A stretch of DNA of 64,000 bases from a virus, in the IMG/VR virus record IMGVR_UViG_3300046787_000390, positions 69,498-133,497 of that record; one strand, written 5' to 3'. Below, piece after piece: positions 28,396 through 37,632 of this stretch. Both the position numbers and the translations under genes were made by a program. A model generated the notes under the pieces. That model did no database searches. It was given only the letters and a program-made list of their open reading frames with translations, and was not told where the DNA came from. Within the stretch, counting starts at the first letter, position 1; every line of letters begins with the position of its first letter.

Positions 28396-29685
28396 ATGTC
28401 ATATCAAACATTTCCTGGGAATAAAATTTTCCCAATCAAAACAGATTCAGCGTGTTTGTTAAAATGGAATTGGAGCAGTATCTGGTTAAACACTGGGACC
28501 ACTGCAAGTTGCCATAGATGTTGGCATGAGCCAATCGATCCTGATAACTTTGATAATTTTCATAATATGCCGCAAAAAGTACAAGCTAGGGAATTAATGT
28601 TACAAGGTCAATGGCCCACAAGTGGATGCCAATATTGTAAAAATATAGAAGAATCTGGTGGCACCAGTGATCGTCTTATGCAATTGGAGAGACATCACGG
28701 GCTTGATAAAATTCCTCTAGAATTACTAACTGACCCGACTGCAACTTCTGTTAGCCCTACTATTTTAGAAGTCTGGTTTAATAACACTTGTAATCTGACT
28801 TGTACATATTGTGATTCACAATTTAGCAGTAAGTGGACAGAAGAACTCAAACGACACGGGGACATCAAGATAAGTGACCACACAGTAACCTACAACAAGA
28901 ATATTAATCCACATTACGATCGTATGGTCAAAGAACTTTGGAATTATCTGGATACTGATAATCGAAGCTCGACCCTCAGACATTTTCAAATTTTAGGCGG
29001 CGAACCTTTGCTACAAAAAGAGTTTGATCAGACAATTGATTTTTGGCTCGCTCATCCTAACCCTAGTTTAACTATTAATGTAATTAGTAATTTGATGATT
29101 CCACACGATCGATTCGTAGAGAAAATTCAGAAATTTGAACAACTATACACCACTGAGTCTATCCTTAAATTGCAAATGACTGCTAGCTTAGATGGATGGG
29201 GACCAGCACAAGAATATGTTCGCCATGGGCTAGCTCTCGAGCTATGGGAGAAAAATTTCCGATATCTGTTAAACAAGCCGTGGTGCCAACCGAGCATTAA
29301 CAGTTGTGTAACTAGTTTGAGTATCAAGGACATGGCAGCTCTGGCAGAAAAAATCAATCAATGGAACTTGCTTACTGAAATTCCAATTGATTGGAGCTTC
29401 GAAATGCCAATCGGTAAAAAACAAAAAGTTACTGGTCAGCATCCTGCTGCGTTTGGGCCAGAGTTTTTTGCTAAAGATTTTGAAAAAGTTCTAAGCGTGA
29501 TGTCACAAAATACACCAGACGAACTTGTTTTGTATAAACACATGCAAGGTATTGCAAAAATGCAAGCAGACAGTGAATACCAGTCCGAAACTATTAATAA
29601 TTTAAAATATTATCTAGATCAACTTGACGCTCGCCGTGGATTAAACTGGAGAACAGTATTCCCGTGGTTAGATAGAACGTTTTAA
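28396..29685 (+). CDS. Radical SAM protein with N-terminal Cys-rich (twitch/SPASM-like) domain
   Basis: CNLTCTYC (CxxxCxxC), GGEP, SLDG; N-terminal C...SCHRC...CQYC. Confidence 0.88.
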   Translation: MSYQTFPGNKIFPIKTDSACLLKWNWSSIWLNTGTTASCHRCWHEPIDPDNFDNFHNMPQKVQARELMLQGQWPTSGCQYCKNIEESGGTSDRLMQLERHHGLDKIPLELLTDPTATSVSPTILEVWFNNTCNLTCTYCDSQFSSKWTEELKRHGDIKISDHTVTYNKNINPHYDRMVKELWNYLDTDNRSSTLRHFQILGGEPLLQKEFDQTIDFWLAHPNPSLTINVISNLMIPHDRFVEKIQKFEQLYTTESILKLQMTASLDGWGPAQEYVRHGLALELWEKNFRYLLNKPWCQPSINSCVTSLSIKDMAALAEKINQWNLLTEIPIDWSFEMPIGKKQKVTGQHPAAFGPEFFAKDFEKVLSVMSQNTPDELVLYKHMQGIAKMQADSEYQSETINNLKYYLDQLDARRGLNWRTVFPWLDRTF

Positions 29686-29724
29686 ACTTAAAAAAGCAAT
29701 AAATAACAAAAAGGCCTTTTAATC

Positions 29725-29973
29725 ATGCAAAAGAATACTCGCAGTTTGCTAGATGAATTAAACTCCATGTATGTGGAGAAAGATCGTCGTCATGTCATCG
29801 AAAATCGTGCGAGCAATATTATTGCTAGTGCAATCAGACTCATGGAAGAAATTGATGCAAGCTATACACCTGAGCAATCGGAAAACTTGCAGCGTAAATT
29901 ACTGAATGCTATAAAATTGCGTGACCCGGGCAAATTTACAAGAACAGTGAGACGTACCGATGCAAATTCATGA
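29725..29973 (+). CDS. Hypothetical late protein
   Basis: TAAATA at 29700; helical. Confidence 0.7.
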   Translation: MQKNTRSLLDELNSMYVEKDRRHVIENRASNIIASAIRLMEEIDASYTPEQSENLQRKLLNAIKLRDPGKFTRTVRRTDANS

Positions 29974-31018
29974 GCTAAACAAAAAGCCCACAAAGATTAA
30001 CGAAGAACAAGTAAACGAAGTTGACTTAGTTGGCCCTAACAGTGTTTTTAATGTTGGGCGTGAGCTTGGGAAGCAACTGGTCAAAAACCCTCGTGGAGTA
30101 ATCGACCCGACATCAATTGGTATCGCAAAACAAAACGCAGCCGCAGCATCAGCAACAGGTAGCGCAGCTGGTCTTGCAAAACAAGGATACCAAGTAGGAG
30201 GTAGCGCAAAAGAAAAAACAACGCCACAGCAAGAACTCCAAGTAGTTAAAACAACTCCGGCATATCAACAGCAAGTAAAAAATCTTGCAGCACAGTGGAA
30301 GTCTGTTTCCCCAGGAATAGTAGCAACCGTGAAAAAGCGAGCAGCGTCACCTGAACCTGCATTAGCCGAAGATGTTATTGATTTAGCACCGCCAAACACT
30401 ACTCAAGACGCAGCAACAAAACAAACACTATCGGGATTGTATGCCCAACGTGCATCGGGCTATGCTCCTGCAAAATACAATGTATCGACTGCTACTGGTC
30501 CAGCTGCTACTCCCAATCCAGAAACATCAAAATATGTCAATGCCGACTTAACTATTATATCTAACGAATTTAAAAAATGGGCCAGCACTAAATTGGCGCA
30601 AGTTGGTGTTAGATTAGACACAATCGCCAGTGACTCCTGGACTAAAACTCAGCTCGAACAACTACTCTTAAAAATTGCAACATTTAGTTTGGCTAATCCT
30701 GATGGCAGCGAAACAACCAATGCCGCAGTAGAAGAATTTTTTAATGTTGCTATCGCTTCTAACTTGGCAATGAATAAAAATTCTAGCTCTGTTGCAGCCA
30801 GAACATCAGGGGCTCAGCCAACAGCAACCGCGGCCGGAACACAAGATGATGCTGCCTTGCTTCGCCAAAGTAACATTCCATTAACTCCCACACAGATAGA
30901 AACAATAGGCAAAGCAATCAGACAAGATCTCAAGGGCAGTAATGTTATTAGAGACACAGGAAGTGAATTATTAAATGCATTGGCCAGATCTGCTGGTCTC
31001 CAGATAGGAACATCATGA
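29960..31018 (+). CDS. Ala/Thr/Gln-rich probable internal virion protein
   Basis: MQIHE, KINE, QVNE (I/L/V-x-E) N-terminus; low complexity. Confidence 0.5.
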   Translation: MQIHELNKKPTKINEEQVNEVDLVGPNSVFNVGRELGKQLVKNPRGVIDPTSIGIAKQNAAAASATGSAAGLAKQGYQVGGSAKEKTTPQQELQVVKTTPAYQQQVKNLAAQWKSVSPGIVATVKKRAASPEPALAEDVIDLAPPNTTQDAATKQTLSGLYAQRASGYAPAKYNVSTATGPAATPNPETSKYVNADLTIISNEFKKWASTKLAQVGVRLDTIASDSWTKTQLEQLLLKIATFSLANPDGSETTNAAVEEFFNVAIASNLAMNKNSSSVAARTSGAQPTATAAGTQDDAALLRQSNIPLTPTQIETIGKAIRQDLKGSNVIRDTGSELLNALARSAGLQIGTS

Positions 31019-32940
31019 AATTATTAGAAGGCGGAAACGTATTCAAGGACGAACAAGGCCAGCCCTTGACACAACGTATTAATCAAGCAGACGTTCCTGC
31101 AACAGTTCGATGGATTGAAAAAGTAACTGGCATCGAGTTCCCACAAGAGCGTTGGTTAGGTTCAACTGGACGTAAAGCTACCTCGGGAGATTTAGATTTA
31201 GGCGTTGATATCTCAGAGGTTTCAAAAGAAGCACTGGCTGCACATTTAAACGAGTTTGTTACTAGTCAAGGACTTGACCCCAAGGACTTTGTGCGTAAAG
31301 GTGGTGAAGTTCATTTAAAGACTCCTATTGGTGGCAATCCTGCTAACGGATTTGTGCAAACAGACTTTATGTTCTTCCCTAACTTAGACTGGGGCACATT
31401 CTTTTATGGAGGCGCAGAAGGCAGCTCATACAAGGGAATGAACCGAAATGTATTGATGTCAAGTATTGCTAAAAGTTTAGGACTCAAAGTCGGTGCCAAC
31501 GGTATGTTTAGCCGCACTAGTAATCAATTGGTACCAAATGGGCAAGATCCTGACTATGTTGCTCAAGTATTACTAGGCCCAACTGCAACTAAAGAAAATT
31601 TAAAGAACGTTGAGAGCATTTTCTCTGCATTAGCCAACGATCAACAGAAAGACGCTAAACTAGCTGACTTCCGTGAATACCTAAAGCGTGAAGGCCTAAG
31701 CGAGCCAGACCTTAAAGAAGATGATGCCGGGTTCCTGGGACGTCTGCGTGATAGAATTGTCAACCAGGGCATGTATGCACTAATTGAAGCTGAAGAAAAG
31801 CAACATCTAGTAGAAGCAAAGAACCCACGTATTCCATATATCGAAGACTTGGTTTTACAAAAAGGTGTTACCGGTGCTCGCGAAGCACTAGACATCATTA
31901 AACATACTGCTGAAGATACCAAGCAGTATGCTACAATCAAATGGGATGGGTCACCTGCTGTTATCTTTGGTCGCGACAATAACGGAAACTTTGTGTTAAC
32001 TGACAAAGCTGGTGCAACCGCAGTTGGCTACAATGGACTTGCTACAAGTCCTCAAATGATGGATCAGATCCTAAAGCAACGCGATGCTTCTGCTGCTGCA
32101 AAAGGCAAAGCGTCAGATCGTTCTCAACTGAGTAAAATTTATCAAGACATTTGGCCTTATTTTGAAGCTGCTGTTCCAAAGAACTTCCGTGGCTACATGA
32201 AGGGAGATTTGTTGTATTTCCCCGAACGTCCGTATGTAGAAGAAGCAGGTAACTTGGTATTCCAGCCTAACACACATGGCGGGATTCAATATCGTATTCC
32301 TGTGTCTAGCCCACTAGGTCAACGCATTGCTAAAAGTCAAGTTGGCATCGCTGTGCATACTTACATGGAAGACCCACATGCTGCTGAACAGTTTATTGGT
32401 GACCCCGAATCTAAATTAAAAAATGTTCCTGGGTTGATGCTCACAGGTGCTACAGTTAAAGATCTGCAAAACTTAAAACTCAACAGAAACATCATGAGTG
32501 AGTTAAGCAGTTACGCTCGTGGACCTAATGCACAAGCCCTACAAGGATTATTAAATCCTGCTGAACTTAGAGCAGCACAGATTACTGATCTCCCTGCACT
32601 AATGGAAAAGTTTATTCACAGCCTTAAGGGTACTGACTATTCAACTGCTACACCGGAAAACTTTGGTGCGTGGTTGCAGGCCAATGTAACACCTAGAAAG
32701 TACAACAACATAGTTGAATACTTGCAAAGCCCGCGTTCTAATGTGTTAGGTATGAGTGTTGCTTTTGCTATTTGGAACAAGTTGCACGAACTTAAAATTG
32801 ATCTGCAAAGACAGTTGGATGTACAACAGCCCGGACAAGAAGGATGGGTGTTTAGTACCCCTGCAGGCCGTGCTAAAGTAGTTAGTAGAACCGCTGGCGG
32901 CTTTGCTGATCCGGCCAGAAAAGCTCAGGCTAAACCTTAA
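31015..32940 (+). CDS. PolX/pol-beta-like nucleotidyltransferase fused to an ATP-dependent ligase-like (KxDG) domain
   Basis: LGSTGRK..SGDLDL and VQTDF; then IKWDGSPA, KGDLLY, QEGWV, AKVV. Confidence 0.6.
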   Translation: MKLLEGGNVFKDEQGQPLTQRINQADVPATVRWIEKVTGIEFPQERWLGSTGRKATSGDLDLGVDISEVSKEALAAHLNEFVTSQGLDPKDFVRKGGEVHLKTPIGGNPANGFVQTDFMFFPNLDWGTFFYGGAEGSSYKGMNRNVLMSSIAKSLGLKVGANGMFSRTSNQLVPNGQDPDYVAQVLLGPTATKENLKNVESIFSALANDQQKDAKLADFREYLKREGLSEPDLKEDDAGFLGRLRDRIVNQGMYALIEAEEKQHLVEAKNPRIPYIEDLVLQKGVTGAREALDIIKHTAEDTKQYATIKWDGSPAVIFGRDNNGNFVLTDKAGATAVGYNGLATSPQMMDQILKQRDASAAAKGKASDRSQLSKIYQDIWPYFEAAVPKNFRGYMKGDLLYFPERPYVEEAGNLVFQPNTHGGIQYRIPVSSPLGQRIAKSQVGIAVHTYMEDPHAAEQFIGDPESKLKNVPGLMLTGATVKDLQNLKLNRNIMSELSSYARGPNAQALQGLLNPAELRAAQITDLPALMEKFIHSLKGTDYSTATPENFGAWLQANVTPRKYNNIVEYLQSPRSNVLGMSVAFAIWNKLHELKIDLQRQLDVQQPGQEGWVFSTPAGRAKVVSRTAGGFADPARKAQAKP

Positions 32941-33003
32941 TTTTTTGCCAAAAGACTAAATAAAAGTAGAGTTGCTATACTCATATATTTAGGAGAAACA
33001 AAA

Positions 33004-33387
33004 ATGGCATATTTCGCAAGAGTTAATGGTGATGCACAACCAGTATTTGCATTAGACACCCAAAACGGTCCAGTAGCACCAGCTACATCTTTGGCTGGTG
33101 CTCCAGTCCAACCAGCAGGTCCAAAACTAGACTTTTTCCGTGCAGTTGCTAACACTAGCATCAACGGTGAAGGTGGAGTTAACGAATACGTTTCTAACGT
33201 TATTCAAGCGATCCAACAAACTAGCACTGTTGCTATGTACCAAGTTGACGGCACTGCATTAAGCATTGCTGTTTACCCAACTGGCGCATTTGCTAACGCT
33301 GCAACTTTCTTGGCTGCTGCTAACATCACCGCTACTGGTTTCCAACTAGACAGCGCAACAGCAAACGGCTTCAAGCTAGCTGCTTAA
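33004..33387 (+). CDS. Abundant small virion protein (probable)
   Basis: TAAATA at 32957, strong AGGAGA RBS, strongly biased codons, own terminator. Confidence 0.6.
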   Translation: MAYFARVNGDAQPVFALDTQNGPVAPATSLAGAPVQPAGPKLDFFRAVANTSINGEGGVNEYVSNVIQAIQQTSTVAMYQVDGTALSIAVYPTGAFANAATFLAAANITATGFQLDSATANGFKLAA

Positions 33388-33407
33388 TCAAATTTAATTT
33401 GATCACT

Positions 33408-33433
33408 AACCCCGGAAATATCCGGGGTTTTTT
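33408..33433 (+). terminator. Rho-independent terminator
   Basis: AACCCCGGA-AATA-TCCGGGGTT plus T tract. Confidence 0.9.
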
Positions 33434-33457
33434 ATTGGCCGTTAAATAACCCATAAT

Positions 33458-33877
33458 ATGAAAATACGTTGCCTTACACTTTTTGACATCACTGAGACTG
33501 GGATCACCGGGCACTTTAGACCGACACAAATTCCATTTACTAACCGAGTGGGCAACACAATCTCTAACATAACTGACTGGAACAGATCAAGAAACCAGCA
33601 AAGGAATTTTGAAACTATCACCCAGGTCCTGCAACTACGAACACAGATTTTTGATGTTACCTCGCCTATCAAGAATGGCAAGTGGGAATTTGAATTTGAT
33701 GTAGAAGCTAACGAAATTTATCAACTTGATCAAGATACGTTTGGTATACTAAAACAAGATTGCGAAGATGTTCCAATGATTGTCGGACTCGACGATGAGT
33801 ATGTATTAACTCCTTCGCTAGTTACGTCAGGATCGCAGCAGAACATCTGGTTTGAATTAATTTTGGTAAATAATTAA
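33458..33877 (+). CDS. Hypothetical late protein
   Basis: TLFDIT.TG, RNQQRNFET motifs; TAAATA at 33443. Confidence 0.7.
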   Translation: MKIRCLTLFDITETGITGHFRPTQIPFTNRVGNTISNITDWNRSRNQQRNFETITQVLQLRTQIFDVTSPIKNGKWEFEFDVEANEIYQLDQDTFGILKQDCEDVPMIVGLDDEYVLTPSLVTSGSQQNIWFELILVNN

Positions 33878-33879
33878 TC

Positions 33880-34137
33880 ATGACAGACACTACAGCACTT
33901 GAAAAGAAAAGCCTAGAAGCACACGTTGACCTATGCGCTCAACGTTATCGATTTTTAGAAGAAAAAATAGGCGGTATGGACGAAAAAATTGATGCTGTTG
34001 TTGATACCGTTGCAGGTGTTAAATCATCAGTTGACAAAATGGCAGAAAAAAACAATGATCGTCTTGTTAATTGGGGTGTTGGTATTATTGTATTCCTTGT
34101 TGGCATAATTGGATACTTACTTAAAGTTCAAGCCTAA
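33880..34137 (+). CDS. Coiled-coil protein with C-terminal TM (XhlA/holin-like architecture)
   Basis: HVDLCAQRY, heptad repeats, single C-terminal TM. Confidence 0.55.
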   Translation: MTDTTALEKKSLEAHVDLCAQRYRFLEEKIGGMDEKIDAVVDTVAGVKSSVDKMAEKNNDRLVNWGVGIIVFLVGIIGYLLKVQA

Positions 34138-34643
34138 TGGATAAAGATGCACAACTTGAGCGTTTGCTCCGTGAAGAATTCAAAACTGTATTACCATTCC
34201 TTATTTGGCAAAACAACGACGGCGAATACGAAGCATTTGACAAGTACAAGATAGTACCTGAACATCCAGGTTATACAGTGTACATTAATGAAGATTGTCA
34301 GGGATTTTTTAACAGCACACGCACAGCAATTAGCTGGTGTGTTGCTGACAAATTCCAACGCTTTAACTTAGCCAGAGACTTATTAACATACGATAATATG
34401 TTAGCAAATATCAGCAACGACATTTTTGTCAGAGCTGGTGTAGCAAACAAAACCCAGGACTATACTCTTAAAGAGAGTATAGAAATTAAATTAGAGCCAA
34501 AAATTATACAGAAACGAGAGATTGAAACTCATCTCAATAAATGTGTAAATTGGGCTAAATACCTACAGCAAAAAGGATTCGAAAATGAAACTGCAAGATT
34601 TGGCTCAGCCACAACAATCAAAACAAACCGCTCGAGTGTTTGA
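34137..34643 (+). CDS. Hypothetical protein
   Basis: Coupled ORF. Confidence 0.65.
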   Translation: MDKDAQLERLLREEFKTVLPFLIWQNNDGEYEAFDKYKIVPEHPGYTVYINEDCQGFFNSTRTAISWCVADKFQRFNLARDLLTYDNMLANISNDIFVRAGVANKTQDYTLKESIEIKLEPKIIQKREIETHLNKCVNWAKYLQQKGFENETARFGSATTIKTNRSSV

Positions 34644-35289
34644 AAGTTATTTTGGACAAAGTGCAAACTTTGACCAGTTGACCCACCCTCAAGCTCGTAA
34701 CATGTTAACCCGTGTTCGTAACTTAATTCGCGAACACCGCGCACACCCTAGTTTTCACCGCAGTGAACAGAACCCAACTTACTTGAAGTTGGTTGTAATG
34801 GAGCAAGGACTTGCAGAACGTATGCGCGAAACTCTTCGTGAAGCTAGTGAAGTTCAACAAGCTCAAGTAGTTCTTGCTGCCCAAGACATGGTAGACAAGA
34901 TGCAAAAAATGTTGGAAGAAATTACTGCATTGCAGTTCAAGGACTTGCCTGCATTGGTTGATTCAATCAAGAACGAAGTTGGCGCACAACAAGCTACTCA
35001 ATTCAACGCTGATGCTACTGCTGCTCTAAGCGGGTTAGTGCAAAACCTACAAGCTGGCAAGCAACAAATGGAAGCTGCACTTGGTGTAGTTACAGGTGAA
35101 GGCGCTGCTCCAATGGACGCCGGAATGGGTGCTGCTCCAATGGATGCTAGCATGGGTGCTGATTTAGGTGCTGCTGGTGCAGACTTAGAAGCAGGTGCAG
35201 CTGATCTAGAAGCAGGTGCAGAAGTAGCTGCTGACGATCTAGAAGCACCAGCCGGTAGCGCTGCTGATTTAGGCCGTGGTCGCAGATAA
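34585..35289 (+). CDS. Coiled-coil head-assembly/internal protein with acidic repeat tail
   Basis: TAAATA at 34556; LREASEV; AAPMD and ADLEAG repeats. Confidence 0.55.
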   Translation: MKLQDLAQPQQSKQTARVFESYFGQSANFDQLTHPQARNMLTRVRNLIREHRAHPSFHRSEQNPTYLKLVVMEQGLAERMRETLREASEVQQAQVVLAAQDMVDKMQKMLEEITALQFKDLPALVDSIKNEVGAQQATQFNADATAALSGLVQNLQAGKQQMEAALGVVTGEGAAPMDAGMGAAPMDASMGADLGAAGADLEAGAADLEAGAEVAADDLEAPAGSAADLGRGRR

Positions 35290-35636
35290 TGCTAATCCGT
35301 GAATTCCAAGAAGGTGCAGTTAACACACAAAAATTAGCTGCTCTTATTGATTTCTTAGCAGGTCGTGCCGAGGATCAAAACGCCAAAAAACAAATTAGCA
35401 AGGCTGCGTTAATCAATGCTGCTAAAAATTTAGGCGTTAATATCAACGATCAAATTTTGGCTGAACTAGTTCTCAAGGAACCGTTGAAAAACATCCTTGA
35501 ACCAATTGAACCTAACTCAGATGTTATTCGCTACAAAGGCAATGACGAAGTTGACACTGCAATGAGTGTCGATCAGTCTCAAGACATTGTGGACAAGAAC
35601 GCCAAAGCGGCCATGCGTCGCGGTATGAACAAATAA
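35289..35636 (+). CDS. Hypothetical late protein
   Basis: MLIREF N-terminus; coupled. Confidence 0.65.
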   Translation: MLIREFQEGAVNTQKLAALIDFLAGRAEDQNAKKQISKAALINAAKNLGVNINDQILAELVLKEPLKNILEPIEPNSDVIRYKGNDEVDTAMSVDQSQDIVDKNAKAAMRRGMNK

Positions 35637-35644
35637 TCAAAACG

Positions 35645-35686
35645 GGTCAACGTAAGGTTGACCTTTGGCGTTAAGTATAGTATACT
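35645..35686 (+). promoter_or_regulatory. Promoter TTGACC-N17-TATACT with an inverted repeat over the -35 and nested TAAGTA
   Basis: GGTCAAC-GTAAG-GTTGACC dyad. Confidence 0.7.
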
Positions 35687-35703
35687 TTACTGTAGGAAAA
35701 GCC

Positions 35704-35985
35704 ATGAAATATCTAATCTCAATCATCTTATCGGTGTTAGCATTAACGGCTAATGCTCAACCTCACCGTCCTTATCCACATCACGGCCATGGTGGCGCAC
35801 GTGGGTGGGGCTGGGTGGCACCTGCTATCATTGGTGGCGCGATTGTGTATGGAGCAACAAGACCATCTGCCCCGCCACCTGTAGTGTATCAACCCACACT
35901 ACCACCACCGCCTTACGGCTACCACTACGAACAAATCCTGGACGCTAACTGCAATTGTTATCGTTGGGTCTTGGTACAAGGATAA
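35704..35985 (+). CDS. Secreted Pro/Gly/His-rich small protein
   Basis: Sec signal peptide ending ANA-Q, glycine-zipper-like segment, Pro-rich stretch, CNC. Confidence 0.65.
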   Translation: MKYLISIILSVLALTANAQPHRPYPHHGHGGARGWGWVAPAIIGGAIVYGATRPSAPPPVVYQPTLPPPPYGYHYEQILDANCNCYRWVLVQG

Positions 35986-35987
35986 AC

Positions 35988-36311
35988 ATGATTGAAATTA
36001 CTGATTCTGCAATGACAAAAATCTCGGAAATATTAGCCGAGGAAAATAACCCTAAAGTTAAATTACGAACATTTGTACAAGGCGGTGGCTGTTCAGGATT
36101 CAGTTATGGTTTCACCCTTGACGAAGAACAAAACGAAGATGATTTCTTAATTGAAAAATCTGGAACAAACATACTGGTTGATTCAATGAGCATGCAATAT
36201 CTGCAAGGCTCTACAATTGATTACAAAGATGAACTAATGGGTGCAAGTTTTGTAATCAACAATCCCAACGCTACTACCACTTGCGGTTGCGGCAGCAGCT
36301 TTAGTATATGA
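35988..36311 (+). CDS. erpA: Fe-S cluster insertion protein ErpA/IscA family
   Basis: [11 protein letters not shown] and TCGCGSSF. Confidence 0.9.
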   Translation: MIEITDSAMTKISEILAEENNPKVKLRTFVQGGGCSGFSYGFTLDEEQNEDDFLIEKSGTNILVDSMSMQYLQGSTIDYKDELMGASFVINNPNATTTCGCGSSFSI

Positions 36312-36892
36312 AAATACAACACGCCGACGTTACAGCATTAGCTGATTACGCTAACCATCTCAAGGGACTAACTGAAACAGATAGATATACTCGATTCTGT
36401 TATAATATCAAAGACGACAACATTGATAGTTTCATCTTGAGTATTCTTTACAACGCCGACGACCATCATTTGTTTACTGCTACCCGGAATGATAAAATTG
36501 TTGGGTTCGGACACCTTGCTCGTGAAGGCGAGGACTGGGAGTTAGCAGTAAGTGTTGATAGCGACTGTCAGGGCCAAGGTGTTGCTGATCGATTAATAGA
36601 CTTTATGATTGACTGGGGCACTACCCGAGGTGTGCATAGTGTATTCATGCACTGTATTACACAAAACGCCAAGATACAACACCTGGCTCGCAAACATGGC
36701 TTGCGCATGGTAGAGCGTGATGGATCAGAAGTCACTAGCAAAGTTGATTTGCCTAACCCTACGCCAATGGATTACACTGCTGACTTTATGCGTGAGCAAA
36801 GAGACTTACTGGAACAAATGACAGATATTCAACGCCGCTTGTTGGCAAACTTAAACCCATTGACTTACGTCAAAGAACACTCGTTAGATTAA
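36308..36892 (+). CDS. GNAT acetyltransferase
   Basis: [16 protein letters not shown] acetyl-CoA motif; N...QHLARKHG. Confidence 0.85.
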   Translation: MKIQHADVTALADYANHLKGLTETDRYTRFCYNIKDDNIDSFILSILYNADDHHLFTATRNDKIVGFGHLAREGEDWELAVSVDSDCQGQGVADRLIDFMIDWGTTRGVHSVFMHCITQNAKIQHLARKHGLRMVERDGSEVTSKVDLPNPTPMDYTADFMREQRDLLEQMTDIQRRLLANLNPLTYVKEHSLD

Positions 36893-37605
36893 TGCTTATT
36901 CAAAAATACAACTACGCTCCCCTTAATAGAGAAACAATTGAGGGCAAACGACATTACTGTTTACCCGATGGATCCAAAGTTCCATCTGTTACAACAATCC
37001 TAGATAAAACAAAACCTGCTGAACAACGAGAAGCACTTGCTAACTGGAAAAAAGCAGTGGGAGAGCAAAAAGCACAACAAATTACCACTGAAGCAGCTAA
37101 TCGTGGAACTCGCATGCATGCATATCTAGAACATTATGTGTTGCAAGCAGACATGAAAGATTTGCCCAACAACCCGTTTGCACACCCGAGCTGGTTTATG
37201 GCTGCTGAAGTTATTATGCAAGGCTTGCAACCCAATGTTACTGAGTTTTGGGGCACAGAAGTTCCTGTATATTACTCAGGTCTATATGCAGGAACTACTG
37301 ACTGTTTGGGCTTGTGGAAGGGTAAACCTGCTATTATGGACTTTAAGCAAAGCAACAAGGTTAAAAAGCGTGAGTACATTTCAGACTACTTTATTCAGCT
37401 CGCAGCCTATGCAGCAGCACACAATGAAACACACGGTACAGACATCAATACCGGTGTTATTTTAATGGCTGTACAGCCTAAAGCTCAAGCAGACGGAACC
37501 TACGATAAACCCCAGTATTTAGAGTTTGTTATTGATGGTGACGAGTTTAATCACTGGACAAACGAGTGGATGAAACGAGTTGAGCTCTACTACTTAACAC
37601 GCTAA
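36892..37605 (+). CDS. PD-(D/E)XK Cas4/MGME1-like exonuclease
   Basis: PSVTTIL, RGT.MH..LE, AGTTD, DFKQS, QLAAYA. Confidence 0.88.
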   Translation: MLIQKYNYAPLNRETIEGKRHYCLPDGSKVPSVTTILDKTKPAEQREALANWKKAVGEQKAQQITTEAANRGTRMHAYLEHYVLQADMKDLPNNPFAHPSWFMAAEVIMQGLQPNVTEFWGTEVPVYYSGLYAGTTDCLGLWKGKPAIMDFKQSNKVKKREYISDYFIQLAAYAAAHNETHGTDINTGVILMAVQPKAQADGTYDKPQYLEFVIDGDEFNHWTNEWMKRVELYYLTR

Positions 37606-37632
37606 ATATGTGATAGACCAAGGATTATCACA

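Noticed and set aside
35098-35260. Tandem 27-nt and 21-nt repeats as a mobile or regulatory repeat
   Set aside because: They are in-frame and encode a low-complexity AAPMD/ADLEAG tail
36892-37605. Cas4-like gene as part of a CRISPR-Cas system
   Set aside because: Stand-alone PD-(D/E)XK exonucleases are routine in T4-like phages; no Fe-S cysteine set, array or other cas genes are seen
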